Source of the DNA: Gemmatimonadota bacterium | GTDB taxonomy: Bacteria > Gemmatimonadota > Gemmatimonadetes > Gemmatimonadales > Gemmatimonadaceae | Assembly (NCBI GenBank): GCA_040389905.1 | Contig: JAZJZK010000005.1 | Location: 192,001 to 256,000, forward strand | Length of the DNA: 64,000 nucleotides | Direction of reading: 5' to 3' | The notes under the pieces: generated by a model | What the model was told of the DNA's origin: nothing | The model's input: the letters and a program-made list of their open reading frames with translations, nothing else | Database searches by the model: none | Translations under genes and position numbers: made by a program | In this document: one piece after another, positions 48,221 to 57,547 of the stretch | How the letters are laid out: each line of letters opens with the position of its first letter | Position numbering within the stretch: the stretch's first letter is position 1

Positions 48221-50620
48221 TCATGTCCGTAGGACCTCCGACGGCTCGATGGTGAGGAACTGCGCGAGTGGCGCGCTCACACCGACCGTCGCGCTCATCG
48301 CGACCGAGACAACGCAGAGCACAATGGACAACCCGAGTGGCGGCGAGGGTGTATTCCTAAAGACACCCCCCAACCTCATCAACACAAGCGCGAATGGAAG
48401 TCCTGCAGCGATGCCGACTCCGACAGCAATGGCGATCTTTCGCATTTCATGAAGTGCAACCTGCACATGAGATCCTCCGACGGCCAGCGAGATGGCAATT
48501 TCGCGTCGTCGATTGGAAATCACACTCAAGCTGGCGCTTGCGATACTCGTCAGGCATGCAACGAGCGAGACCATCGCGCACAACAGGAAGAAGCGCACGC
48601 CGGTTCGCAACGGCCGTAATCGCTCCTCGAAGTCACGTCGAACGGAACGGACAGACTGAACCTGCTCCGGCCCGGCCACCGTCCTGACGAGCTCTTGCAC
48701 ATCCCTCAGAACCTCTGCTGTGGGTCCAAGGGCTCGGAATACGATCCCGTTCGACGCGCGGCGCCCTGTGGAGAGCGGTTCATAGAGCATGATCGGGTTC
48801 TTCAGTCCGGATCCCGACAAGTCCGCATCGTCTACTGTGCCGATGATGGAGATGCATGACCCGTCGGGAACGCCGACTCTCACACACCCGCGCGCCAAGG
48901 CTCGTGGAAAAAATCTGCGCCTTGCGGACTCACTCAGGAGTGCCACATCAGCTCCCGCGCGCCACTGCGCGAAGCCACCGTCGCCAGTCCAGTGAACTGG
49001 AAGCTGCATCACACGAAAGAATGCCGAGTCGACTTGGTGGACTTCTGCTGGCGCGGATTCGGCCGTGGCGGCGGCAATGTAGAGCACTGCCATGCTAAAT
49101 GACCGCGCCGGAAGCGCAGAGACCTCGCTGACACCATCGACTCCCGGACGGCGCTTCAATTCCCTCGAGATATCAGCGAGGAGGCTGCCGCGCGGACTCA
49201 CAAGGTTGGACACCGGCGCAACGCTGTAAACGTGTGCGATGTCGTATCCCCATTCTATTCGACTGGCTGCCCGTAACCGCAGGCTGGAAAACGCCGTCGT
49301 CAGCACGAGCACCGTGACAAGCGAGACTTGGGTGGCGAGAAGGCCATAGGAGGTCCGTGACAGCGTGACCGAACCTAGTCGAGCGGCCTCGAGGACTTGG
49401 CGCAGCTGAACCCGTGATCCGAAGTGGAGGGCGGGCAGTATTGCACTGAGTAGGGCGGCGAGTATCACGACTGCCGTGAAGTAGTTCGTGGTGATCGCGC
49501 GTCCACCATCCCACAGACCAAAGGTGTCAATCGCGATTCTACCAAGGAAGAGTCGTTCAAGGCCTAGCCCCACGAGCGAGCCCATGGCAACGGCAACCAG
49601 CCCGGCGACGCTGGACGCCATCACAACTTGTGCTGGGGTTGCTCCGTGCACTTCGTGCAACAACCATTTGTGAGAGGACGCGAGTCGTTGCAACGCGAAG
49701 AGTTGCGTGGTGTTCGAAATGAGAAGGAGTGCCAGACAGATGGACGTCAGCACGGACATCAAGAGCAGACTCGCTTTCAGGTCGCGCTCAATCCCGAGTG
49801 ACATGTTGAGGGGACGAAATCGCAGGGACTTGATATCGAAATCGACCTCGTTCGACGCAAGGCGACTCTGGAGGACGTTGATGGTCCTTTGCGCGTCGCC
49901 GCCACCGGGATAGCGAGCGACGGTGCGAAGCCACTTTGCGTTGCCGGTTAGCCACACTGCGGGAATGCCGATGGCGTCCGCTGACTCGAGTGGAATGAAC
50001 AGGTCGGCAGGTTGCGCATTAATGCCTCGGAAGTCCCTGACCACGGCCTGCACAGTCCATGGTATTCCATTGACACGGACAATCGCGCCGAGCGCCGACT
50101 GGGGCGAGGGAAAGGTCCTTCGGACAAAGTGCTCCGAGACAATTATTGCACGGCGCTCGTTCCGCCACCGCATGGGACCCGCGAGGCTGGTACTTCCAAG
50201 GAGGCTCAAGAAACCCTCCGATACGACGGCAAGTTCCTCCTCCTCTGGACCCGCCGTGCCCACCGAGACGATGACGGACAGGGAGCCATAGGCTTCGACA
50301 CCAGTCAGGACGTCCACGGCCGCATGGCGCATGGCGTCGACTTCCACGCGGGAGAACGAAAGCGACGAGACTGGAAACGCTTCCCGCCCGTGAATTGCCG
50401 AAATTCGTTTCAGACTGCTCGCGTCCTTGACGCCAGGAATGTTCGGGTCGAACACGAGCATCGCCACGTCAGTCACCGCAGTGAACACTGCGATGCACAG
50501 CGCAGCGAAGAGGGCGACGTACGCGCCGAACAGCACGCCGCTATATCGGTCGGCGACCAGCGTTGGCCAATAGCCCAAAGCCCTACGAAACGTCATTCCG
50601 GCATCTCTTGCCAGCGACAC
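48221..50620 (-). CDS. Duplicated MacB/FtsX-type (ADOP-like) permease, divergent
   Basis: Two periplasmic-domain plus TM halves; VSEGFLSLLG, IVSEHF, RRREIAISLAVGG, IEPSEVLR. No ATPase gene adjacent. Confidence 0.75.
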   Translation of the reverse strand: MSLARDAGMTFRRALGYWPTLVADRYSGVLFGAYVALFAALCIAVFTAVTDVAMLVFDPNIPGVKDASSLKRISAIHGREAFPVSSLSFSRVEVDAMRHAAVDVLTGVEAYGSLSVIVSVGTAGPEEEELAVVSEGFLSLLGSTSLAGPMRWRNERRAIIVSEHFVRRTFPSPQSALGAIVRVNGIPWTVQAVVRDFRGINAQPADLFIPLESADAIGIPAVWLTGNAKWLRTVARYPGGGDAQRTINVLQSRLASNEVDFDIKSLRFRPLNMSLGIERDLKASLLLMSVLTSICLALLLISNTTQLFALQRLASSHKWLLHEVHGATPAQVVMASSVAGLVAVAMGSLVGLGLERLFLGRIAIDTFGLWDGGRAITTNYFTAVVILAALLSAILPALHFGSRVQLRQVLEAARLGSVTLSRTSYGLLATQVSLVTVLVLTTAFSSLRLRAASRIEWGYDIAHVYSVAPVSNLVSPRGSLLADISRELKRRPGVDGVSEVSALPARSFSMAVLYIAAATAESAPAEVHQVDSAFFRVMQLPVHWTGDGGFAQWRAGADVALLSESARRRFFPRALARGCVRVGVPDGSCISIIGTVDDADLSGSGLKNPIMLYEPLSTGRRASNGIVFRALGPTAEVLRDVQELVRTVAGPEQVQSVRSVRRDFEERLRPLRTGVRFFLLCAMVSLVACLTSIASASLSVISNRRREIAISLAVGGSHVQVALHEMRKIAIAVGVGIAAGLPFALVLMRLGGVFRNTPSPPLGLSIVLCVVSVAMSATVGVSAPLAQFLTIEPSEVLRT

Positions 50621-50644
50621 GAGGGCGAGCCAGCGGTCGCAGCT

Positions 50645-51658
50645 CTATCGTGTCGACGGATGAAGCTCGGAGATATAGCGCCCGTGAAGCACGAAGAGCC
50701 GCTTGCCCTTCGCGGCAATCCAGCGGGACACCCATGGCAATTCGTACGAGCCCACGTACTTACCGGAATGAATCGAATAGCGGTCGATGACACGCTTCGC
50801 CAGCGTGCGGTCCTTGCCGGCGTAGAGGACCACAACCTCGGTATCGCGCAATGCGATGGAGACCGCCGTCTGAACCGCGGCACCAAGGATCTCGTCTGTC
50901 TTCCTGGCCTGGGTGCGCCGAATCACATCGGGAAAGTTCGTCGATTCGATGAATCGTCCGCGAGTCAGAGCACCCGCGCTGGTGTCGAGTACGACAAAGC
51001 CGTCGCCAAAGGCAAAGCCAAAGACCCAATGCTCGAGCCTGTCGTCGGTCGCCGTCCATCCCTGTCTCATAAGAGGGCGCAGCGCCGAAAAATCGGCGGA
51101 GGGAAATGCGTTACGGGACAGCCGTTTTCCCTGATTGTCAAAAATCACGAGAGGCGCCGCGGAGTCGGTGGTCACCGCCGCAAAGCGATTGCCGGTGAGC
51201 GGAACAAACGCATCAATGTCATCGACCCCGAACGGTGAGATACTGCCACCGGTTCGGCCTCTGGGGTCAACGGTGATGAGGCGATTCGCGCCCACGAGCG
51301 CAACAAGTGTGTCGTGCCCCGTAGTCGTCAGACCAAGGAGCGGGCTCTCTTCTGCGGCGCCAATGTCCGTTCCCCACAGCCGCCGACCATTCTTGTCGAG
51401 GGAGGTAATCCGGGTCCTTCCTTCGAGAAACGCGAAACCCTGATCGGTAGCAACGAGATGTCTCATGGTGCGATAGGTGGTGTCCGATCCAGGAACCGCA
51501 ATCGAGTCGAACGTCGTGCCGCTGAATACTCGATGAGCGGAATCGCGCGTCGAAGTCTCGTGAGGGGCCCGTACCACGCTGACGCGTGCTGACTCGCGTT
51601 CGCACGAGACAACCGCCAGTCCACCTACAAAGAACAGCCTCAATATTCTAGGAGCCAT
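50645..51658 (-). CDS. Beta-propeller lipoprotein (6-bladed/TolB-like)
   Basis: GAGGA ribosome-binding site; lipobox LAVVSC; blade motifs LDKNG, VDPRG, FDNQG, IDRYS..SGKYVGSYELP. Confidence 0.65.
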   Translation of the reverse strand: MAPRILRLFFVGGLAVVSCERESARVSVVRAPHETSTRDSAHRVFSGTTFDSIAVPGSDTTYRTMRHLVATDQGFAFLEGRTRITSLDKNGRRLWGTDIGAAEESPLLGLTTTGHDTLVALVGANRLITVDPRGRTGGSISPFGVDDIDAFVPLTGNRFAAVTTDSAAPLVIFDNQGKRLSRNAFPSADFSALRPLMRQGWTATDDRLEHWVFGFAFGDGFVVLDTSAGALTRGRFIESTNFPDVIRRTQARKTDEILGAAVQTAVSIALRDTEVVVLYAGKDRTLAKRVIDRYSIHSGKYVGSYELPWVSRWIAAKGKRLFVLHGRYISELHPSTR

Positions 51659-51759
51659 GTGATCGCTTCCTCGGTTTGTCTGGCTAGCTAAGAGCGTACC
51701 GCATCGCATCCAGGCACACTCAACGCGAGGCATGTGGCATCCCAATATGCCTTCCTCCG

Positions 51760-52308
51760 TCACGGACCTTTTCTGGCACTCAGCGTCTCGATAAAGGAAT
51801 CTGCTGGCGTCTCACTTCCCGGGAGTATCGTCCGGAGAACCAGTCGCTCATCAAAGAGCAGCGTGACGGGAAGCGACGCAACGCCGAGGAGCGCGAGTGA
51901 GTGCCCCACCTTGCGCTCGGTCAGGGCTCGCACAGGGAAGTGGAAGCCGTAGGAGGCGATGATCTCGTCGGCCGGCACCTCCTCCCTTTCGCCGATGATA
52001 AGGATGCCTTGTACGTCGGCCCGTCTGCCTCTGCTGACGACGTTCCATCGATCAATAATCTCGAGTGCTCCTGGGCAATCACCGGCGCGAAAAAGAAAGA
52101 TGATATGCGGTCGCGATTCGGCCACGCCGGAAGAAGGCTGGGCGAGAAGGCTGGAAATCGGACGACCCAATCCGATCACCTGTTGGCGGAGGATAATGGC
52201 TTCCGCCAAAATGGCAATGACAGCAACAACGCCTACGGCCGTCGAAAGGCGCATTAGGACAGCATCTTTCGCCGCTGAGCGCTGAGCGCCGGATCCGAGT
52301 ATCGACAT
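51760..52308 (-). CDS. Membrane-anchored thioredoxin/peroxiredoxin-like protein with a single Cys
   Basis: N-terminal TM segment; IIFLFRAGDCPGA at the CxxC position; FHFPV; LGVASLPVTLLFD cis-Pro loop. Start may be 52254. Confidence 0.6.
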   Translation of the reverse strand: MSILGSGAQRSAAKDAVLMRLSTAVGVVAVIAILAEAIILRQQVIGLGRPISSLLAQPSSGVAESRPHIIFLFRAGDCPGALEIIDRWNVVSRGRRADVQGILIIGEREEVPADEIIASYGFHFPVRALTERKVGHSLALLGVASLPVTLLFDERLVLRTILPGSETPADSFIETLSARKGP

Positions 52309-52367
52309 CAACCACAGAACTGGTTAGCGTGCCCCGCTGGCAACAGGCGTACTCAACTGGTCGCCTT

Positions 52368-52415
52368 GCAAGCGCGACCGCATCCCGAGCAGGTGGTGCG
52401 TGCGGTCGCGCTTGC
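52368..52415. terminator. Strong hairpin downstream of the peptide genes (attenuator or mRNA stabiliser)
   Basis: Perfect 15-bp stem GCAAGCGCGACCGCA / TGCGGTCGCGCTTGC, 18-nt loop, no U-tract. Confidence 0.55.
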
Positions 52416-52443
52416 GAAGTGAGGGTTCCCCGAGCAGAGGAAG

Positions 52444-52668
52444 CTAGAACATGGTGTAGTAATCCGTAAACGTGACCCACTGATCACAGACGCCATTCGA
52501 CACGTGGCTGCAGTAAGTCGACGTCCTGCACTTCTTGAGGATACCGTCCGCACAGGAGTCCTCGGCCTTAAGGATGCTCCGCGACGAGAACGAAGGCACA
52601 GCCAGAACCGCTCCCGCCACCGTAAGGACTACGAAACTGAACTGCACCAGACGCTTAAGTTGCGTCAT
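52444..52668 (-). CDS. Secreted 4-Cys peptide A (74 aa)
   Basis: GAGG ribosome-binding site; signal peptide ending ILKA; EDSCADGILKKCRTSTYCSHVSNGVCDQWVTFTDYYTMF; paralog adjacent. Confidence 0.85.
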   Translation of the reverse strand: MTQLKRLVQFSFVVLTVAGAVLAVPSFSSRSILKAEDSCADGILKKCRTSTYCSHVSNGVCDQWVTFTDYYTMF

Positions 52669-52744
52669 TGCCGACCTCGGGTAGATGATGGTACTCAATG
52701 CCACGGCCGTTCCACACACGTTGTGTGCGTCTCGCTGGCGCGGA

Positions 52745-52966
52745 CTAGAACATCGTGTAATAGAACGTGAGCGTGGTATAACCTTGGCAGACACCGTTGT
52801 ACCACTGAGCGCAGCTGGTCTGTTCACGGCACTTCTTCAGCAAGCCGTCAGCGCACGAGCTGTCAGCACGGAGCTCCTGCTTTTGAGATACAGCTGGCGC
52901 AATCGCGATCGCACTGATTGACGCGGCGAGCGCCAGCGTGATCGAAAGCCCCTGAATTTTAGTCAC
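52745..52966 (-). CDS. Secreted 4-Cys peptide B (73 aa)
   Basis: AGGAG ribosome-binding site, GTG start; signal peptide ending ELRA; DSSCADGLLKKCREQTSCAQWYNGVCQGYTTLTFYYTMF. Confidence 0.85.
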   Translation of the reverse strand: MTKIQGLSITLALAASISAIAIAPAVSQKQELRADSSCADGLLKKCREQTSCAQWYNGVCQGYTTLTFYYTMF

Positions 52967-53030
52967 TCTCGCTCTCTCCTGTTTAGAGTCAGTAAACGCG
53001 TCTTACCACCGGGCGCCTTTGGTAGCCGCG

Positions 53031-53060
53031 ATTGTAATGCCCCGGATCCACTTCTGTCAA
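53031..53060 (-). promoter_or_regulatory. Near-consensus sigma70 promoter of the peptide operon
   Basis: Minus strand TTGACA (53060-53055)-N18-TACAAT (53036-53031), about 65 nt upstream of peptide B. Confidence 0.7.
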
Positions 53061-53325
53061 GGAACCGTTTCTTCCCCCAAGTAAAATGTTAGAATGAGAT
53101 GACCGATCCTCCGAGAGCCGTCCCGCGTGTAGTTGATGCTCAAGCACTGGCGCCTCCAATCGCTCCCGGGATCCCAAAAACAGTCGCGATGGGCTCGGGC
53201 TCGAGCTCATAGATGGCGCAGGGGAACATTCTCCAATGGACTTGAGTTTCATCACCCTCAGGACTTACAATGGATCAGGAGGCCGCTAGGTCCCAACCTC
53301 ACGTGCCGATCACCGGAGAAGCAGT

Positions 53326-53574
53326 ATGTCTGACGGGCTAGTTCTTCTTATCGCATTCTGTGCGCTCGTAGCGCTGAATAGCATCGTCAAGGTAGTCGTG
53401 GCCATACTTTCTCAGCGACGTGACAAGGGCGTCGCCGTTCTCGAGGCGGAGATCAGGCGCTTGTCCGAGCGGGTGCGAGTGCTCGAGGAGTATCGAGAGG
53501 GTAGCGAGGCAGAAGTAGAGAAGTTGAACGATGCCAACGTGTTCCTGGAACGGCTACTGGCGAATCGTGACTAG
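53326..53574 (+). CDS. Small single-TM protein with coiled coil
   Basis: GGAG ribosome-binding site; hydrophobic N-terminus; LEAEIRRLSERVRVLEE heptads. Confidence 0.6.
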   Translation: MSDGLVLLIAFCALVALNSIVKVVVAILSQRRDKGVAVLEAEIRRLSERVRVLEEYREGSEAEVEKLNDANVFLERLLANRD

Positions 53575-53676
53575 TGTCCTGATTAGAAGGTTGCCAACGA
53601 GGACGCCGAGCCATTCTGGTTGGGCAAGGAACGGCTGTGGAAATCCCCCAAAGCGTCACGCGAGTCCGCCTACAAT

Positions 53677-53710
53677 ATCCCAACTCTGGACAAATCCCAA
53701 CTCTGGACAA
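53677..53710. repeat. Perfect 17-bp tandem duplication
   Basis: ATCCCAACTCTGGACAA twice. Confidence 0.85.
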
Positions 53711-54063
53711 CCGGCGCCCGCGCAAGTGGTGTGGGTCTCTGCTGAGGGCGCGCCAGTGAGTATTTCCTGGCCAAGGCCTTGCGGGAAGGTGATGGCGTTT
53801 CTAGAACGCAAGAACACTTTTGACCGCGCTTCACGGCGCCTGCTTAATGGAATATCCTGGAGTGTGCCACACCTTCCCAGGCTCTTTCAGCCGGGGCGGC
53901 ATTGCGCACAGAGTCGAGTACCGAGGTCGACGCGCATGTGATTTCTGCCGCCGGTGTCGCATTCCTCGGCTATCCGACGTAGTGATTCCACATTTCATCG
54001 AAACCCGCTGTCGTCGAGCGTTGCACCGTGCGTTCGTGAGGGCACGACCCTCACGAGCCCACC

Positions 54064-56247
54064 ATGAAACGCCTCGCCCTCGCGCTGTTCCTTCCCGTCG
54101 CGTCAATCGCCGCGCAGTCCCCCGCGCCGCTCGAACTGCCGCGCCTCACACGAGCCATCGCCGTGGACGGCGTGCCGACGTCTGAGGAATGGAAGGACAT
54201 CCCGACACTTCCACTCACGCTCTACGCGCCAGTGTTCAAGGGCACCCCAATGCAGCGCACGGAAATCCGCGTCGCCTACGATGACGAATACTTCTACGCC
54301 GCCGGCTGGTTCTACGACGACGACAAGGTCGGCGTGCGGGTGAACTCGCTCTACCGCGATCGTTGGAATGGCGACGATGCCTTCGCCATCTATATCGACG
54401 CCTACAACGACAAGCAGAACTCCAAGTGGTTCGGCACCACGCCGGGCGGCATTCGCTTCGACCAACTCGTGTCGGACGACGGCGCGACGCTCAACGGAAG
54501 TTGGGACACCTTCTGGACCGCGCAGACGACCGTCACCGATTCCGGATGGTTTGCCGAAGTGAAGATCCCCTTCTCGAGCCTCGGCTTCCGCGTCGACGCC
54601 GAGGGCAAGGTCGTCATGGGCCTCACGGTGACTCGGCTCGTGTCGCGCAGCGAAGAGCGCGTCACCTTTCCCGCCATCGATCCCAAGTTCGAATTCCGTC
54701 GTCCGTCCGTCGCGCAGGATGTGGTGCTCCGCAACGTCCGCTCGAAGAACCCACTCTACATCACGCCCTACGCGCTGAGCGGCACCGCGCGCAACATGAT
54801 TCGTCCCACAGGAGCGACCACCTTCTCGCCAGTCACCTCGCGCAGCAACGAAGTGGGCGCCGACGCGCGCTACGCACTCTCGAGCAACCTGACGCTGGAC
54901 CTCACGTACAACATGGATTTCGCGCAGGTCGAAGCGGACGACCAGCAGGTGAACCTCGATCGCTTTCCCCTGTTCTTTCCCGAGCGTCGCCGCTTCTTCC
55001 AGGAGAACAGCGGCATTTTCGACTACCAGTTCGGCGGTGGCTCGCGCCTCTTCCATTCGCGGCGCATCGGACTGACCCCTTCGTTCACTCCACTTCCGGT
55101 GCTCGGCGGCGCTCGACTCGGTGGACGCATGGGTGCCTGGGACGTGGGGCTGCTCGAGATGCAAACCGAGCGCGACGGCGTCTTTCCGTCGGAGAACTTC
55201 GGCGTGTTTCGCATGCGCCGCCCGGTATTGAATGCGAACTCCACCGCGGGCTTCATGGCGACGTCGTACGTCGGTGGCGGTCGCAAGAACTTTGGCCTCG
55301 GCACGGATGCATCGCTGCGGGTTCGGCCGGACGAATACCTCGTGCTCAAGTGGGCGGGGACGGTCGACAGCGGCGCCGTGAACCTCTGGAGTCGCAGCAT
55401 CGTCGACGCACGCTATGAGCGCCGAGTCGGCCGCGGGCTTCAGTACTCGTTCGCAACGACGCATTCAGGAAAGGAGTTCCGTCCGGAGCTCGGCTTCACG
55501 CAGCGCCGAGATTTCACGACCGCGAATTTCTACTCGAACTACTTCAACTTTGCGGAGGTCAGCTCCTCGATCCGGCGGTGGTACCCGGGAATCCTTGCGT
55601 TCTCGACCTTCCGGAATGCGGATCGCGTCGTCGAGTCCGGACAATATGCGCTCTGGCTGCAGTGGGACACGAAGGCGGGTGGTGGCGGCTGGATCGAACC
55701 GAAGCTCTTCCGCGAGAGCGTGGTTCAGCCGTTCACCATCGGCAACACGATCAAGATCCCCGCGGGGACGTACACGTTTTCCGATCTGCAGTTCGCCTTG
55801 AGCATGCCGGCCGGGGAGCGGCTGCGCACGACGATGGATCTGCGCGCCGGAACGTACTTCGACGGACGTCGCGCGCAGGCGATCATCAATCCCACCTGGA
55901 ACGTCTCGCCGCATCTGGAACTCGGCGCCGACTACCAACTCACGGCGCTCCGCTTCGCAAGCCGGTCGCAGACGGAGAACATCCAGGTCGCTCGCCTGCG
56001 CGTGCGCGCTGCGCTGGACGTCCGCATGTCGGGCAACGCGTTTCTCCAGTACAATTCCACCACGCGCAAGCTCGACGCGAACGTGCGCCTCCGATACGCA
56101 TTTGCCGAGGGCACCGATCTCTGGCTCGTCTACAACGAGGGATTGGACACGAATCGGTCGAGTGATCCGCTTGGTATCGTGCAGAATCAACCGTTCTCAC
56201 TCTCCCGCTCGTTCATCGTGAAATACTCGTACACATTCGGACTTTGA
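54064..56247 (+). CDS. CBM9-like/DUF5916 outer-membrane protein
   Basis: Signal peptide, VDG...EEW, RVAYDDEYFY, DFAQVEAD..QVNLDRFPLFFPERRRFFQE, LFHSRRIG, terminal KYSYTF. Confidence 0.85.
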   Translation: MKRLALALFLPVASIAAQSPAPLELPRLTRAIAVDGVPTSEEWKDIPTLPLTLYAPVFKGTPMQRTEIRVAYDDEYFYAAGWFYDDDKVGVRVNSLYRDRWNGDDAFAIYIDAYNDKQNSKWFGTTPGGIRFDQLVSDDGATLNGSWDTFWTAQTTVTDSGWFAEVKIPFSSLGFRVDAEGKVVMGLTVTRLVSRSEERVTFPAIDPKFEFRRPSVAQDVVLRNVRSKNPLYITPYALSGTARNMIRPTGATTFSPVTSRSNEVGADARYALSSNLTLDLTYNMDFAQVEADDQQVNLDRFPLFFPERRRFFQENSGIFDYQFGGGSRLFHSRRIGLTPSFTPLPVLGGARLGGRMGAWDVGLLEMQTERDGVFPSENFGVFRMRRPVLNANSTAGFMATSYVGGGRKNFGLGTDASLRVRPDEYLVLKWAGTVDSGAVNLWSRSIVDARYERRVGRGLQYSFATTHSGKEFRPELGFTQRRDFTTANFYSNYFNFAEVSSSIRRWYPGILAFSTFRNADRVVESGQYALWLQWDTKAGGGGWIEPKLFRESVVQPFTIGNTIKIPAGTYTFSDLQFALSMPAGERLRTTMDLRAGTYFDGRRAQAIINPTWNVSPHLELGADYQLTALRFASRSQTENIQVARLRVRAALDVRMSGNAFLQYNSTTRKLDANVRLRYAFAEGTDLWLVYNEGLDTNRSSDPLGIVQNQPFSLSRSFIVKYSYTFGL

Positions 56248-56271
56248 TTCTCGAGCAGCAACGAGCCACTT

Positions 56272-56391
56272 TGTCATCCCGCACGAGCGCAGCGAGTGAC
56301 GGGATCTACCGTCCGTACCCCGAAGCTAGATCCTTCGCAGGGACAGCAGATCCCGTCACTCGCTCGCGGCGCTCACTCGTGCGGGATGACA
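56272..56391. repeat. Palindromic repeat, family C
   Basis: TGTCATCCCGCACGAG...GGGATCT / AGATCCC...CTCGTGCGGGATGACA; second copy at 63355-63469. Confidence 0.8.
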
Positions 56392-56440
56392 TTGGTGTTG
56401 CGCTAACCGGTTCTCACGGCAACCGAAGGGTCCGCGCGTT

Positions 56441-57547
56441 GTGAAACTTCGCATCGTGGTGGGCGTGTGCCTGGGCTGGATGCTCGCCGGCGTGCTTTGG
56501 GGCGCGCAGACGGCACTCGGCTCGACACTCTCCGGCATGGCGGTCATTCCGCTTGGTCAGGCAATCAGAGGTGCGCTTGGCCAGATGTTGCCGTGGATCC
56601 CCGTCACGCTCGCGGTGATCGCGCTCACCGTGCGCTTTCCGCTCACGCGTGCACGCTGGCGGCGGCATGTGGTCGTTCACGTCGTGAGCGCTCCGGTGCT
56701 CGCGTGGGTGGCGAATGTGCTGGTCGTGTTGGGCTTCTGGGCGAACATGGGCAAATTTCAGGGCTTCACCATGCTCGCGCGGCAAGGCGTGCTCTGGGCG
56801 ACCGTAAACTTTCACGTCGCACTACTCATCTACGCGGCGATTCTCGCCATCACGCAGGGTGTCCTCAACTATCAGCAGGGCCGAGCGCGCGAACTCGAGT
56901 TGGCGAAGGTGGAGGGGCAGCTGGCTCGCGCGCAGGTACAGGCACTCAACGCACAGATTCGTCCGCATTTCCTTTTCAACACGTTGCACAGCATCGGGCA
57001 GATGTGGCGGTCGGGGCGCAGCAACGAGGCGGACGCGATGCTCGATCATCTCGGCAGTCTCTTTCACAAGGTGCAGCGCTCGACCTCGCGAACCGAAGTG
57101 CCGCTCTCCGACGAACTCGATCTCGTGCGTGAGTACCTGGCAATAGAGCAGGCGCGCTTTCGCGACCGGATGCAGACCACGGTGTGCGCGCCACCAGAGA
57201 CGATGACGTGGCTGGTGCCGCCGCTGCTTCTCCAGCCGATCGTCGAGAATGCCGTTCGGCACGGACTCGCTGCCATCTCGACGGCGAGTCGGATCGACGT
57301 TACTGCCGCCATTCGCGCCGATCATCTCGAGCTCGAGGTCCGCGACGATGGACCGGGCGTGAATGCCACCTCAACGCAGCCGGGTTCCGGTACGGGACTG
57401 ACGAACACGCGCGAGCGGCTCGCCCAGTTGTATGGCACCGATGCCTCGTTGTCGATCGCGGACGCAGAGACGCGCGGCACGGTGGTGCGCATCAGCATTC
57501 CGCGCACGAGCACGCGGCGAACCGCGGATGCATATGGCGGCGACTGA
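56441..57547 (+). CDS. LytS/YehU-type sensor histidine kinase
   Basis: N-terminal TM segments, AQIRPHFLFNTL, LQPIVENAVRHG, DDGPG, GTGLTN. Confidence 0.93.
   Translation: MKLRIVVGVCLGWMLAGVLWGAQTALGSTLSGMAVIPLGQAIRGALGQMLPWIPVTLAVIALTVRFPLTRARWRRHVVVHVVSAPVLAWVANVLVVLGFWANMGKFQGFTMLARQGVLWATVNFHVALLIYAAILAITQGVLNYQQGRARELELAKVEGQLARAQVQALNAQIRPHFLFNTLHSIGQMWRSGRSNEADAMLDHLGSLFHKVQRSTSRTEVPLSDELDLVREYLAIEQARFRDRMQTTVCAPPETMTWLVPPLLLQPIVENAVRHGLAAISTASRIDVTAAIRADHLELEVRDDGPGVNATSTQPGSGTGLTNTRERLAQLYGTDASLSIADAETRGTVVRISIPRTSTRRTADAYGGD

Noticed and set aside
52989..53941. ORFs 52989-53255, 53133-53333 and 53531-53941
   Set aside because: No recognisable motifs; the first overlaps the peptide-operon promoter.
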